Origin: Bacteroidia bacterium
GTDB lineage: Bacteria; Bacteroidota; Bacteroidia; CAIKAF01
NCBI GenBank assembly: GCA_030427255.1
Contig: JAUHWY010000016.1
Coordinates: 929 to 64,928 of the forward strand
Reading direction: 5' to 3'
Length of the DNA: 64,000 nt
Below are positions 16,698-27,733 of the stretch, one piece after another; within the stretch, counting starts at the first letter, position 1, and every line of letters starts with the position of its first letter. A program made the position numbers and the translations under genes. The notes beneath the pieces are model-generated. The model saw only the letters and a list, made by a program, of their open reading frames with translations, was not told the origin of the DNA and did no database searches.

Positions 16698-19600
16698 ATG
16701 CAACGTATATTTTTGGTTGCTCTGGCAATGCTTTGCATGCGGGCTGACCTCCTCATGTCTCAAACTACCTTCGACGAATCGGCCTCTACTTGGGGTGTTT
16801 CCAATAATCGGGATAAGGATGGCGGCATTGCTTTCGGCGACTTTGACCGGGATGGAGATGACGATGTGCTGGTAAATACTTCTTCAAGTAGCTCCTCCAA
16901 TGGATATACTAGATTGTATCGAAACGATGGAACCCACTTTACGGATGTTACCGATGCCTTAGCAGAAGAGTTGGAGGATGAAGTTCGAGACCGGCAAGCG
17001 CTTTTTGCCGATTTTAACAACGATGGGTATTTAGACATACTAAGGTCTCTTGGTACTTCCGGTTCAGGAAGTGACCGCCTTCAACTTTTTTTATTCAACA
17101 ACAACACCGGTGGACCTTACAACAACACCTTTGGCGATGGGTTCGGGGATGATGATCCCATAGGCATTGGTGAGGGCGGTGGCGTAGACATTTCTGTGGA
17201 TGACGCCAATTTTGAAGGCGTAAATGCTTTTGACATGGATGGGGACGGCGATTTGGATATCCTTATCGAAAACCACTCTTACGGCATTGACATTCTTCGT
17301 AATAACCTTATTGATCATATTACAGGAAATAAAACAGTAGTTACTCCCTCCACTCATTTTACGCATATTACCCCCGGAAGCGGCACTTCCTTAGGGTTGC
17401 AACAATCGGGTGGAGGCTTAGAAGGAGACTACAGCGCAGTGGGCGATTTGGACAACGACGGTTGGGTCGACTTGGTTGCCCGCAAACGCAATGGAAACGA
17501 TGTTTACTTTTCTACCGGAAACGGCTTTACAGGGGGAATTGACCTCCAAAACGCAGACAACAACGACAAAGGAGGTATTGGCCTTTACGACTTGGACAAC
17601 GACGGCGATTTGGATATTGTTTGGACTTCAGACCCCGGGAATTACATTTACAGGAACAATGGCGACCGCACATTTACTCTAATGAACAATGCTTTGGGAG
17701 GTTCTTTCCAAGGCAATGGCGGCGTAGACGGCGTGGCTGGTGGCGATGTGGACAACGATGGGGACATCGATTTGTTTTTTACAGACAATAATGGCTCTGT
17801 CTTGTTTATCAATAACTTGTTAGGCCCGGGATCAAACGGCGCCTTCTCCTTTACCGACCACAATTTTGTCAATTCCGGAACAAATACCCACAATGGGGAG
17901 GGGGTGGCCATGGCGGATGTGGACGGAGACGGTGACTTAGACATTTTTGAAATCAAAGATGGTAACAACAGCTCCAGCCGTAGCGACAGGTTGTGGATCA
18001 ATCGCTTGTATGACGGAGCAACACCACAGGGGGCTAAGGCTTACCTCACCGTTGATGTTAAAGAAATACGCACCCATCGCATGTCCGGCGGTCTAGATCG
18101 CCCGGCAAATGGGGCCATGGTGGTACTTAAGGATTGCAATGGAAATATTCTTTCCGGTGTGCGCATGGTGGACGGAGGCTCAGGTCATGGAAGTCAAAAT
18201 AGCCAACGGCTTCATTTTGGTTTGCCTAATGGCCCCAACCATCTATACACGGTAGAAGTTCGGTACCCCAATGAGCAAACCTATCCGGGCTTGGTGCAGC
18301 CTGTGGTTTCCAAAGCGATAAATCCGGCGCTTGCAGGAACAAACCATTTAGAGGTTCTTCCCCACGAACCCAATGTGGCTTGCGAGGGCTACTTAGATAA
18401 CGATCGCGACGGAATAATTAACCTTACCGATCTTGACGACGATAACGACGGGATCCTAGACGTGGAAGAAGTGTGTGGAGCAGGTGCCGCTAACTATAGT
18501 TGCCTTAGCACCTTGATTTTTGATTCCGGAAATAATGCCGTAAACCCTTCCGGTGACCTTGATGGTGACGGAGTGCCCAATGCTTTGGATTCCAGAGACC
18601 CGAACTTTACAAACACCTGTGCCGATTTGAACTTGGATGGTCGTTGCGATGCTTTAGATGCAAGGTTGGATGCAGATGGGGACGGCATTCCTAACTTTTT
18701 TGACCTCGACACCGATGGCGACGGACTTACTGACCTCTTAGAGGCGGGTGGTTTAGATTCTTTGGGGGCAGGAACCATAATGGGAAACTTTGTAGACAAC
18801 AATGGAAACGGTTTGCACGACACCTACGATGCAAATAATGGAGGCTTCAGTTTGGCTTTGACCGATACCGATCAAGACAATATCCCCGACTTTTTAGATT
18901 TAGACAGCGATAACGATGGCATTGCCGATGTGTTGGAAAGCAATGGAACAGATGCCGATGGAGACGGGCGGGTAGACGGAACCGCGGATGCTGATAGAGA
19001 TGGCTTAATTGACGCAGTAGACGCCGACACAAACAACGATGGAATTGTCGACAATGCGGCAGGGGTGCTTTTGCGCACAGGGCTGGATTCGAACAACGAC
19101 GGCGCTCCGGATGCTTGGCCCTTTTCCGACAACGATCAGGACTTCCTACCCGCTTTTCGCGACTTAGACAGCGACAACGACGGTTTGGCTGATTTGGCCG
19201 AAGCCGGTGGAGTGGACACCAATGGAGATGGCAGAGTAGATCTTTTTGCAGATGCGGATGAAGACGGATTAGTGGATACCTACGACTTGGATCAAGGCGG
19301 AAATCCATTGCAAAACCCGGATCAGGATGGAGATTTGATTCCGGACAGCAGAGACCTAGACAGCGATAACGATGGTTTGGCCGATATTTTGGAAGCCGGC
19401 GGAGAGGATTTGAATAATGACGGAATGATCGATGGCCTTTTTGCCGATGCCGACGCAGATGGCTTTTCTGACTTGGTTGACGGAGATGCCGACAACGACG
19501 GAACCCCAGAAAATACAGCTTCCGTTCTAGTCCTTACACAAAGTGATGTAAATAATGACGGCCGGCCGGAAGGCTATGTAAGCGGAGATTTTGACCTGGA

Positions 19601-20804
19601 TGGTATGTTGAATAGTGCCGACTTAGACAGCGACAACGATGGAATTCTAGATGCGCGCGAAAATGAATTCGACGATGGGGATTTCAATGGCACCGTGGAT
19701 GGAGCGCCAACCGCCGGTGCTAAAGCCAACGGATGGAGCAACTTGTTTGACGGTTTAGTTGGCGGCAATACTCCGGCACGTCCCAATACCGATGGAGATG
19801 CCCTTCCTAATTTCCTGGATATTGACACCGATGGCGATGGTATTGTAGACTTGGTTGAGGGCCAATCCACGGCAGGTTTTGTGGCCCCCCAGCGTGTAGA
19901 CAGCGACAGAGATGGTATTGACAATGCCTTTGACAACGACAATGCCGCTTTTGCAGGGGGCGCAAACAATGGAATTACACCGGTCAATACCGATGGCCCC
20001 GGCTCCTACCCAGATTTTATAGATACCGATTCAGACAACGACAATATCCCGGATGCTGTTGAGGCTTGGGATGCCAATGGCGATGGTGTGATTAGTGGTT
20101 CAGAACCCCAAGTGGTCAGCCCTGCAGATGCCGATAACGATGGCTTGGACGATGTGTTTGACCAAATCAACAGAAACGGCAACCCCGGATTTAATCCTTT
20201 GAATAACAGCAATCCAATTGGCTTTCCCGACAACCAAGCTCCCGGAGGAGACCGCGACTGGAGAGACTCAGGGCCAATTACACCGCTTCCTTTGGTATGG
20301 GGTGATTTTGAAGCTGTTTGGAGCGGAATGGATGCACAACTCAACTGGAGTACCCTAACTGAAATCAACACCAGTCATTTTGAAATTCAGCATAGCTCGG
20401 ATATGGTGCATTGGCAGGTCATCGGAGAAACCGACGCTGCCGGCTATTCCGCAACAACACTAAGCTATGCCTTTACCCACAAAAACCCCGGAACCGGCGT
20501 GCATTACTACCGATTGCGTCAGATTGATTTCGATGGGGCTTTTGACTTTTCTGAAATCCGAAGCCTTAGTTCGGACGAAAATTCAGGAGCCCAATGGTGG
20601 CTGGTTTATCCCAATCCGGTAAAAAGTGTAGTTCAAATCAACGACTTTTCCGGGACATATAAGGTGGTGGATTTGAGCGGTAAAGTCATCAAAATTGGAC
20701 AAACGGGTCAATCTTTAAACCTTTCGGACTTGTCAAAAGGTGTTTATATTTTGGAATTAGAGCAAAATGGACTGGTTCAGTACAGCCGAATTTTGAAAAA
20801 TTAA
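16698..20804 (+). CDS. T9SS adhesin: FG-GAP/VCBS propeller + ASPIC/UnbV + thrombospondin-type-3-like DxDxDG repeats + type A CTD
   Basis: Repeated 'D.D.DGD.D', 'GGSGHGSQ....LHFGL', many 'DLDSDNDG', 'PLPLVW..F', 'YYRLRQIDFDG..S', 'VYPNP'. Confidence 0.9.
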   Translation: MQRIFLVALAMLCMRADLLMSQTTFDESASTWGVSNNRDKDGGIAFGDFDRDGDDDVLVNTSSSSSSNGYTRLYRNDGTHFTDVTDALAEELEDEVRDRQALFADFNNDGYLDILRSLGTSGSGSDRLQLFLFNNNTGGPYNNTFGDGFGDDDPIGIGEGGGVDISVDDANFEGVNAFDMDGDGDLDILIENHSYGIDILRNNLIDHITGNKTVVTPSTHFTHITPGSGTSLGLQQSGGGLEGDYSAVGDLDNDGWVDLVARKRNGNDVYFSTGNGFTGGIDLQNADNNDKGGIGLYDLDNDGDLDIVWTSDPGNYIYRNNGDRTFTLMNNALGGSFQGNGGVDGVAGGDVDNDGDIDLFFTDNNGSVLFINNLLGPGSNGAFSFTDHNFVNSGTNTHNGEGVAMADVDGDGDLDIFEIKDGNNSSSRSDRLWINRLYDGATPQGAKAYLTVDVKEIRTHRMSGGLDRPANGAMVVLKDCNGNILSGVRMVDGGSGHGSQNSQRLHFGLPNGPNHLYTVEVRYPNEQTYPGLVQPVVSKAINPALAGTNHLEVLPHEPNVACEGYLDNDRDGIINLTDLDDDNDGILDVEEVCGAGAANYSCLSTLIFDSGNNAVNPSGDLDGDGVPNALDSRDPNFTNTCADLNLDGRCDALDARLDADGDGIPNFFDLDTDGDGLTDLLEAGGLDSLGAGTIMGNFVDNNGNGLHDTYDANNGGFSLALTDTDQDNIPDFLDLDSDNDGIADVLESNGTDADGDGRVDGTADADRDGLIDAVDADTNNDGIVDNAAGVLLRTGLDSNNDGAPDAWPFSDNDQDFLPAFRDLDSDNDGLADLAEAGGVDTNGDGRVDLFADADEDGLVDTYDLDQGGNPLQNPDQDGDLIPDSRDLDSDNDGLADILEAGGEDLNNDGMIDGLFADADADGFSDLVDGDADNDGTPENTASVLVLTQSDVNNDGRPEGYVSGDFDLDGMLNSADLDSDNDGILDARENEFDDGDFNGTVDGAPTAGAKANGWSNLFDGLVGGNTPARPNTDGDALPNFLDIDTDGDGIVDLVEGQSTAGFVAPQRVDSDRDGIDNAFDNDNAAFAGGANNGITPVNTDGPGSYPDFIDTDSDNDNIPDAVEAWDANGDGVISGSEPQVVSPADADNDGLDDVFDQINRNGNPGFNPLNNSNPIGFPDNQAPGGDRDWRDSGPITPLPLVWGDFEAVWSGMDAQLNWSTLTEINTSHFEIQHSSDMVHWQVIGETDAAGYSATTLSYAFTHKNPGTGVHYYRLRQIDFDGAFDFSEIRSLSSDENSGAQWWLVYPNPVKSVVQINDFSGTYKVVDLSGKVIKIGQTGQSLNLSDLSKGVYILELEQNGLVQYSRILKN

Positions 20805-20830
20805 GGATTATATAGCTCTAATACCGCCCG

Positions 20831-20917
20831 TTTTGGATTATTTTCCAAAAAATGGAAATATATTCCAAATGTAAAACACCGAAGGTTTACTATCGCACAA
20901 TTGCGGAGATATATTTG
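20831..20917 (+). promoter_or_regulatory. Promoter region with TTTCC-N7-GGAAA palindrome and a -7 box
   Basis: Palindrome at 20842-20858; TATATTTG at 20910-20917. Confidence 0.65.
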
Positions 20918-21004
20918 GGAAACAAGTAAACCAACCCGAAGAGTGAGGATGCGTGCTATCCCAAAAAGATATTTCTCGCTCGTCGGCCTAGAACCCAAAT
21001 AGTT

Positions 21005-24000
21005 ATGCAACGATATTCGATGCGTTGGCTCTATGCCTTAATGTTCATTTGCCTTGCCACTTCAAGTTTCGGCCAAACAACCAACCAATTCAGCGAAAGT
21101 GCAGCGTCTTGGAATGTAGATATTGGAGGAAACAAAGACGGTGGGGTGGCCTTCGGAGACTATGACGACGATGGCGATCCTGACATTTTTCTAAACACCA
21201 ACAACGGAACCGGCGACTCCCGAGTTTACCGAAACGACGGAACTTCTTATACCGATGTAACCACCACCGTGGCAAATGGTTTGTTAAGCCAAACCATGGA
21301 ACGTCAGGCGGTCTGGGCAGATTTTAATAACGACGGCCGCAAAGACTTTGCCCGTTCCTTAGGGTCATCCGGAGGTTCCGACAAAATCCAAATATGGCTC
21401 AGTAACCCGGGCCCTACCTTTGGAGATGGTGCAGGGGGAACTACTCCCATTACCGTTCGTGCTTCCGGTGGCATCATTAACATTGGCGCAAACAACATCG
21501 AAGGTTTGGGAGCCATTGACTTCGATGGCGATGGAGACCTTGACATCATGATTGAAAACCATAACTATGGTATCGATTTGTTGAGGAACAACCGCATCAA
21601 CCATACCACAGGAGCCTTGGTTGCGGTTACTCCGGCCACGCATTTTACCATCATTACCACAGGTTGTGGAGACCCCTGCTACGGCCTAGATCAATCCGCC
21701 ACCGATGGTGACTATTCTGCGGTGGGCGATATGGACAACGACGGCTGGGTGGACATTGTGGCTAGAAAGCACGATGGAGACGATGTGTACTACAATACAG
21801 GAACCAGTTTTGGTTTTGCCACCAACTTAGATGATGCAGCAAATGGGGACAAAGGAGGCATTGGCCTATACGACCTCGATAACGACGGAGATTTGGATAT
21901 TGTTTGGACATCTGCTCCAGGCAACCGAATTTACCGAAACAACGGAGACCGCACCTGGACCGATATGACCACCGCCTTTGATGCGAGCTTTAGAACAAAT
22001 ACAGCTGTGGATGGAGTAACCGGTGGAGATATAGACAACGACGGCGATATTGACTTGTTCTTTACAGACAATGGCTCCAGCTTTATGTTCATAAACCAAC
22101 TGAACGACCCGGTTGCCGGGCCAAATACCGGAAGTACTTTTGACTTTAACAATTACAGTTTTGTTGCTTCCGGAACCAACAACGGCGACGGCGAAGGTTG
22201 TGCCATGGCCGATGTAGACGGCGATGGCGATTTGGACATTTATGTGAACATTAATGGCTCAGCCAATAAGCTTTGGATAAATAACCTCTACAATGGAGCT
22301 ACTCCATTTGCCAACAAAAACTACATCGAAGTAGATATTTCTGAAATTCGTCCCAACTTAATGACCGGCGGAAACAATCGCCCATACATTGGTGCAACCG
22401 CCGTGTTGAAGGATTGCTCAGGCAACATCATTGGTCCGCTCCAAAGCGTAGATGGTGGATCCGGGCATGGAAGCCAAAACGAGGCTACCTTGCACTTTGG
22501 CTTACCCAACGGAAACAATGCCCTCTATTTTGTGGAGATTGCCTTCCCGAACGAATTGACCTATTCTACACCTTCCACAAGGCGCTTGATTGTTTCCAAA
22601 GCAATAAATCCTACCATTGCAGGTACGGCCCAAATGGAAGTGCTTCCCCATGAGCCGGATATTTCATGCGACAATTACTTCGACAACGACGGCGATGGCG
22701 TTTACAACCCCGATGATTTAGACGACGATAACGATGGAATTCCTGATTACATTGAAATTTGCGGCCCTTCTGCAACCGATTTCTCTTGCCTTGCCGGAAT
22801 CTTAACGGATGGCGTAAATCCCTTGGATCCCTCCGGTGACGAAGATGGCGATGGAATTCCCAATTACATAGATGCCCGTGACCCCGGTGTGGTTCATGCC
22901 GCTTGCGTTGATGCTAACCTTGATGGGTACTGCGATGCCATTAATCCTGCTTTGGATGCGGATCAAGACAGCATTCCCGATTTCTTTGACCTCGATACCG
23001 ACAACGATGGAGTGGCCGATATTATTGAAGCCGGTGGCGTGGATACCGACGGCGACGGCCGCGTAGACGGTGCATTTGCCGATGGCGATAACGATGGCCT
23101 CCACAACACCTACGATACCGACAACGGAGGAGATGACATTGCTTTCCTTGATTCCGATGGCGACGGTATTTACAATTTTGAAGATTTGGACTCCGACAAC
23201 GACGGTATTCCTGATGTCATTGAAATGGGAGGTACCGATGCAAATGACGATGGCCGTCAAGACGAAACCGCCGATAGCGACCGGGACGGTTTGGACGATG
23301 CCATTGATGGCGATGTGGGCAACGACGGAACCGCAGAAAATACGGCAGCAGCTCTTGTGCTTACAGGCACGGATACAGATGCCGATGGACGACCAAACTC
23401 AATTACCCGCGGGGATGTGGATGGCGACGGATACCCTAGCTTTATTGACCTGGATTCCGACAACGATGGAAAACAAGACATCATTGAAGCAGGTGGAGTT
23501 GATGCCAACGATGATGGCGTAGTAGATGGGGCCTTCTCCGACCCGGATGGGGACGGATTACACACCACCTACGATGCCAACGATGGGGGAACTTCTATCG
23601 ACAACACAGATTCCGACAACGATGGCATTCCCGATGCCCTTTCTTTGGATTCCGATGGCGATGGTATTCCGGATATTATTGAAATGGACGGAATCGATAC
23701 CGACGGAAACGGTATGGTAGATGGCGCTTATACCGACACAGATACCGATGGTTGGCATGACTTCTACGATCCCAATAATGGAGGTTTCGCCATTTCGGAT
23801 CCCGATACCGATGGCGATGGAATTCGTGACGTAATTGACTTGGATACCGACAACGACGGAATTCCGGACGTAATTGAAGTGGGAGGTACCGACGCCAACG
23901 ACGATGGCCGCCTTGATGCGACTGCTGATACCGATAACGACGGCTTGGACGATTCCGTGGATTCCGATATAGGCAACGACAATACCGCAGAGAACACCTC

Positions 24001-27000
24001 TTTGGCCCTTCGTTTAACCGGAGGCGATGGAACTACCGTAGACGGAGCCCCGGATACCTATGTGAATGGCGATACCGATGGCGACGGCCAGCAAGACGAA
24101 CATGACTTAGATTCCGATGGCGATGGAATCCCTGATATTATTGAAGCCGGTGGCATCGATACCGATGGAAATGGTACCGTAGATGGTGCATTTGCCGATG
24201 GCGATGGCGACGGTTTGCACAGCACCTATGACCCCGACGACGGTGGACATGCCATCGAAAACCGCGACTCCGACGGAGACGGGGTGCTTAACTTCAAAGA
24301 CCTCGATTCGGACAACGACGGCATTACCGACGTAACTGAAGCAGGGGGTACCGATGGCAATCAAGACGGCATTCTAGATCCAACAGGCGATGCAGACAAC
24401 GATGGCCTTGACGATGCCGTTGACCCGGATGCCGATGGAAACGGCTCCCTCGAAAGTCCTAACGCTCCATTGTTTACCACAGGGGGCGATGGCACAACCG
24501 TAGATGGTGCGCCGGAAAGCTACGTTACCATTACCGGCAAACAAAACCCCAATCCCGATGGAGACCTATTTGCCAATCCTTACGATAAGGACTCCGACGG
24601 CGATGGCCTTACCGACCTTGCAGAGGCCGGAGGCGTGGACACCAATGGCGACGGTACTGTAGACGGCGCATTTTCCGATTCGGACGAGGATGGTCTCCAT
24701 GATACCTACGACGTGAACGACGGCGGCGACCATTTGATCCCTGTTAATTCTGATGCAGATCTTTTAGTAGACTACCTTGACCTAGATTCGGACAACGACG
24801 GAATTACTGATGTAGCCGAGTCTGGAGGAACCGATGCCGACGACAATGGCATTCAGGATGGGGCAGCAGATACCGACAACGACGGACTACAAGATGCTGT
24901 AGACGGTGATGTTGGAAATGATGGCGTGGCAGAGAATACGGCAGCTGCCCTTATTCTTACAGGTACCGATACCGACAGCGATGGCATTCCCAACAGCTTG
25001 ACCCGTGGAGACCTTGATGGCGACAACCGTTTCAATTTCCGAGATCTTGATGCCGACAACGATGGAGTTCAAGATATACTCGAAGCCGGTGGCGTAGATG
25101 CCAACAACGACGGAATTGTAGACGGAGCTTTTGCCGACCCCGACAACGACGGCCTACACACTACCTACGATGCCAACAATGGGGGTACAGCTATTGATAA
25201 TACCGATACCGATGGAGACAATATTCCCAACGCCAGGTCTTTGGATAGCGACGGCGACGGTATTCCCGACCTTATCGAATACGGCGGAATCGATACCGAT
25301 GGCAATGGACTCATTGATGGAGCCATGGCAGATGGAGATACCGACGGTTGGCACGATCTCTACGACGTAAACGATGGAGGTTTTGCTATTCCTCAAACCG
25401 ACTTTGACGGCGATGGTATTCTTGACGCCCTTGATTTAGATTCCGACAACGACGGCATTCCGGATGTACTTGAGGCCGGTGGCCTGGATGCTAATGACGA
25501 TGGTATATTGGACGCTACAGCAGATACCGATAACGATGGCTTAGACGATTCCAAAGACTCCGATATTGGCAACGACAATACCGCTGAAAACACCGCTATT
25601 GCAGCTCGTCTTACCGGAGGGGATGGAGTCTCCGTAGATGGACGACCCGAAAGCTTTACCCGCGGCGATGGCGATGGCGACAACCTACGGAGCGAAAACG
25701 ACCTCGACAGCGATAACGACGGAATTACCGACCTTATTGAGGCGCGCGGAGTAGATACCAATGGAGATGGTATTGTGGATGGCCTCTTTTCGGATGGCGA
25801 TAGCGATGGCTTGCACGACACCTACGATGCCAACGACGGTGGAGACGCAATAAACTTCCCCGATTCCGACAACGACGACATACCGAATACACAAGACCTG
25901 GACAGCGACAACGATGGATACCCGGATATTCTTGAAGTTGGAGGTACCGATGCAGACAACGACGGCATGGTGGATGCTGTTGGCGATATCGACAACGACG
26001 GCTTAATCGATGCGCTTGACGGCGATGTAGGCAACGATGGTACAACCGAAAATACGGCCGGTGCAAGTGTAATTTCAGGTGTGGATGGCGATTTCGATGG
26101 TATTCCTGACAATTACATCCGAGGCGACTTCGACTTAGATGGTTTCTTGAACAGCCAAGACTTGGATTCCGACAACGACGGCATCTTGGATGTAAGAGAA
26201 AACAACTTTGCCGATTCCAATTACGATGGCATTGCAGATGGGGCCCCAACAGGAGGTGCTAAGGCCAATGGTTGGAGCGATGCCTTTGATGGAAATGCGG
26301 GCGGTTCTTTCCCCAATCCCCTAAATAACGACTTAAATACTGCCGGTGCCAATGGCGATGCCAACCTGAATTACTTGGATATTGATTCGGACAACGATGG
26401 TATCCCTGACATCATTGAAGGACAATCTACCGCCGGTTTTATTGCCCCTGCCGGAGCTGATGCCGATGGTGACGGTATTGACGACGCCTTTGACAACAAC
26501 GACGCTGAGTTTGGCGGAGATCCCAACAATGGCATTGCGCCTGTAAACACCGAAGGACCCGGATCTATTCCCGATTACATTGACTTTGACTCCGACAACG
26601 ACGGCATCTACGACGATTTGGAAGGGTGGGATGCCAATGCCAATGGAGTGTTGGATGGCCCTGAGCCTTATTGGTCCGGCGTGGATTCGGACGGCGACGG
26701 TTTAGACGATGTCTATGATGCCATTGTGCGAGGTTCTGACCCGGGAAATAATCCCCTGAATAGCGCTACCCCCATCGGCTTCCCCGACAACCAAGCTCCG
26801 GGCGGTGACCGCGACTGGAGAGATCCGGGCCCAATTACCCCTCTTCCTTTGGTTTGGGGAGCCTTCACCGCAGAGTGGATGGGACAACAAGGCTTGTTGC
26901 AATGGACCACCCTTTCCGAAATAAACACCAGTCACTTCGAAATATGGCACAGTACAGATTTAGAAAACTGGAATTTGTTAGGCGAAACCCAAGCCGCCGG

Positions 27001-27361
27001 ATTCTCCTCTGTAGAGCTTAGTTACCAATTCATGCATGTGAATCCGGACATGAAGATGAACTACTATCGCATCCGTCAACTGGATTTGGATGGCGCATGG
27101 GAATACTCCGAAATTCGAACCTTGCAGGGAGCCGGTCAAGAGGGCAACCACTGGCAAGTGTATCCTAATCCTATACAAAACCAAGCCTTTATTCCCGGAT
27201 TCAAAGGCGAGTTCATCCTTATGAATTTGAGTGGACAAGTTCTTATGCAAGGCAACGCCCACGACCAAATTCAGGGACTGGAACAATTACCCGCCGGCAT
27301 GTATGTGCTACAACTCAACATGGAAGGCATTCAGCAGCACATTCGCTTGCTGAAAAACTGA
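21005..27361 (+). CDS. T9SS adhesin paralog with an expanded DxDxDG repeat region
   Basis: Same architecture as 16698-20804; near-identical segments such as 'DGAPT.GAKANGWS' and 'PIGFPDNQAPGGDRDWRD.GPITPLPLVWG'; 750 aa longer. Confidence 0.9.
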   Translation: MQRYSMRWLYALMFICLATSSFGQTTNQFSESAASWNVDIGGNKDGGVAFGDYDDDGDPDIFLNTNNGTGDSRVYRNDGTSYTDVTTTVANGLLSQTMERQAVWADFNNDGRKDFARSLGSSGGSDKIQIWLSNPGPTFGDGAGGTTPITVRASGGIINIGANNIEGLGAIDFDGDGDLDIMIENHNYGIDLLRNNRINHTTGALVAVTPATHFTIITTGCGDPCYGLDQSATDGDYSAVGDMDNDGWVDIVARKHDGDDVYYNTGTSFGFATNLDDAANGDKGGIGLYDLDNDGDLDIVWTSAPGNRIYRNNGDRTWTDMTTAFDASFRTNTAVDGVTGGDIDNDGDIDLFFTDNGSSFMFINQLNDPVAGPNTGSTFDFNNYSFVASGTNNGDGEGCAMADVDGDGDLDIYVNINGSANKLWINNLYNGATPFANKNYIEVDISEIRPNLMTGGNNRPYIGATAVLKDCSGNIIGPLQSVDGGSGHGSQNEATLHFGLPNGNNALYFVEIAFPNELTYSTPSTRRLIVSKAINPTIAGTAQMEVLPHEPDISCDNYFDNDGDGVYNPDDLDDDNDGIPDYIEICGPSATDFSCLAGILTDGVNPLDPSGDEDGDGIPNYIDARDPGVVHAACVDANLDGYCDAINPALDADQDSIPDFFDLDTDNDGVADIIEAGGVDTDGDGRVDGAFADGDNDGLHNTYDTDNGGDDIAFLDSDGDGIYNFEDLDSDNDGIPDVIEMGGTDANDDGRQDETADSDRDGLDDAIDGDVGNDGTAENTAAALVLTGTDTDADGRPNSITRGDVDGDGYPSFIDLDSDNDGKQDIIEAGGVDANDDGVVDGAFSDPDGDGLHTTYDANDGGTSIDNTDSDNDGIPDALSLDSDGDGIPDIIEMDGIDTDGNGMVDGAYTDTDTDGWHDFYDPNNGGFAISDPDTDGDGIRDVIDLDTDNDGIPDVIEVGGTDANDDGRLDATADTDNDGLDDSVDSDIGNDNTAENTSLALRLTGGDGTTVDGAPDTYVNGDTDGDGQQDEHDLDSDGDGIPDIIEAGGIDTDGNGTVDGAFADGDGDGLHSTYDPDDGGHAIENRDSDGDGVLNFKDLDSDNDGITDVTEAGGTDGNQDGILDPTGDADNDGLDDAVDPDADGNGSLESPNAPLFTTGGDGTTVDGAPESYVTITGKQNPNPDGDLFANPYDKDSDGDGLTDLAEAGGVDTNGDGTVDGAFSDSDEDGLHDTYDVNDGGDHLIPVNSDADLLVDYLDLDSDNDGITDVAESGGTDADDNGIQDGAADTDNDGLQDAVDGDVGNDGVAENTAAALILTGTDTDSDGIPNSLTRGDLDGDNRFNFRDLDADNDGVQDILEAGGVDANNDGIVDGAFADPDNDGLHTTYDANNGGTAIDNTDTDGDNIPNARSLDSDGDGIPDLIEYGGIDTDGNGLIDGAMADGDTDGWHDLYDVNDGGFAIPQTDFDGDGILDALDLDSDNDGIPDVLEAGGLDANDDGILDATADTDNDGLDDSKDSDIGNDNTAENTAIAARLTGGDGVSVDGRPESFTRGDGDGDNLRSENDLDSDNDGITDLIEARGVDTNGDGIVDGLFSDGDSDGLHDTYDANDGGDAINFPDSDNDDIPNTQDLDSDNDGYPDILEVGGTDADNDGMVDAVGDIDNDGLIDALDGDVGNDGTTENTAGASVISGVDGDFDGIPDNYIRGDFDLDGFLNSQDLDSDNDGILDVRENNFADSNYDGIADGAPTGGAKANGWSDAFDGNAGGSFPNPLNNDLNTAGANGDANLNYLDIDSDNDGIPDIIEGQSTAGFIAPAGADADGDGIDDAFDNNDAEFGGDPNNGIAPVNTEGPGSIPDYIDFDSDNDGIYDDLEGWDANANGVLDGPEPYWSGVDSDGDGLDDVYDAIVRGSDPGNNPLNSATPIGFPDNQAPGGDRDWRDPGPITPLPLVWGAFTAEWMGQQGLLQWTTLSEINTSHFEIWHSTDLENWNLLGETQAAGFSSVELSYQFMHVNPDMKMNYYRIRQLDLDGAWEYSEIRTLQGAGQEGNHWQVYPNPIQNQAFIPGFKGEFILMNLSGQVLMQGNAHDQIQGLEQLPAGMYVLQLNMEGIQQHIRLLKN

Positions 27362-27381
27362 GCACGCAACCTCTGGTTGGC

Positions 27382-27417
27382 AAGGCCTGTTCCTTCGGGA
27401 ACGGGCTTTGTTTTTTT
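27382..27417 (+). terminator. Intrinsic terminator
   Basis: AAGGCCTGTTCC-TTCG-GGAACGGGCTTT followed by a T-run. Confidence 0.85.
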
Positions 27418-27424
27418 ATGTTGG

Positions 27425-27576
27425 TTTTGGGCGCCTTATCCGTCTCCGTTTCCAAGTCCTCCGCTTTGGCCCAAGGCAGGCTAAGCGGTACGGGGTCCCA
27501 AAAGAATTTGGGCCTCCGCCCGCCAAGCCTGCCTAGAACCAAAGCGTCCGGGCTTTACAACTCCGCCGGGGCGCTT
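27425..27576 (-). repeat. Dispersed structured palindromic element, copy 5
   Basis: Reverse complement reads AGCCCGGA...GGCGGAGGCCC...GGGACCCCGTAC...GAGGACT...GGCGCCCAAAA, the same motifs as 41055-41204. Confidence 0.8.
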
Positions 27577-27733
27577 GTTTCTTCCAATGGGAATGGTTTA
27601 ATTAAGAGAAAAGTTTTCTCTTTGATTTGCATACCCTTAAGTAGCATTTTTGTATAAAATTTGGGGTCAAGGAGCCGTTTTTATTAGAAAGTACTACTTT
27701 TACGACCTGTTTTATTCATCTCAAACCATCCAC

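Noticed and set aside
16760-27286. Many Ser/Pro-rich antisense ORFs in the adhesin genes
   Set aside because: Expected shadow frames of GAY/GGN-rich repetitive coding sequence
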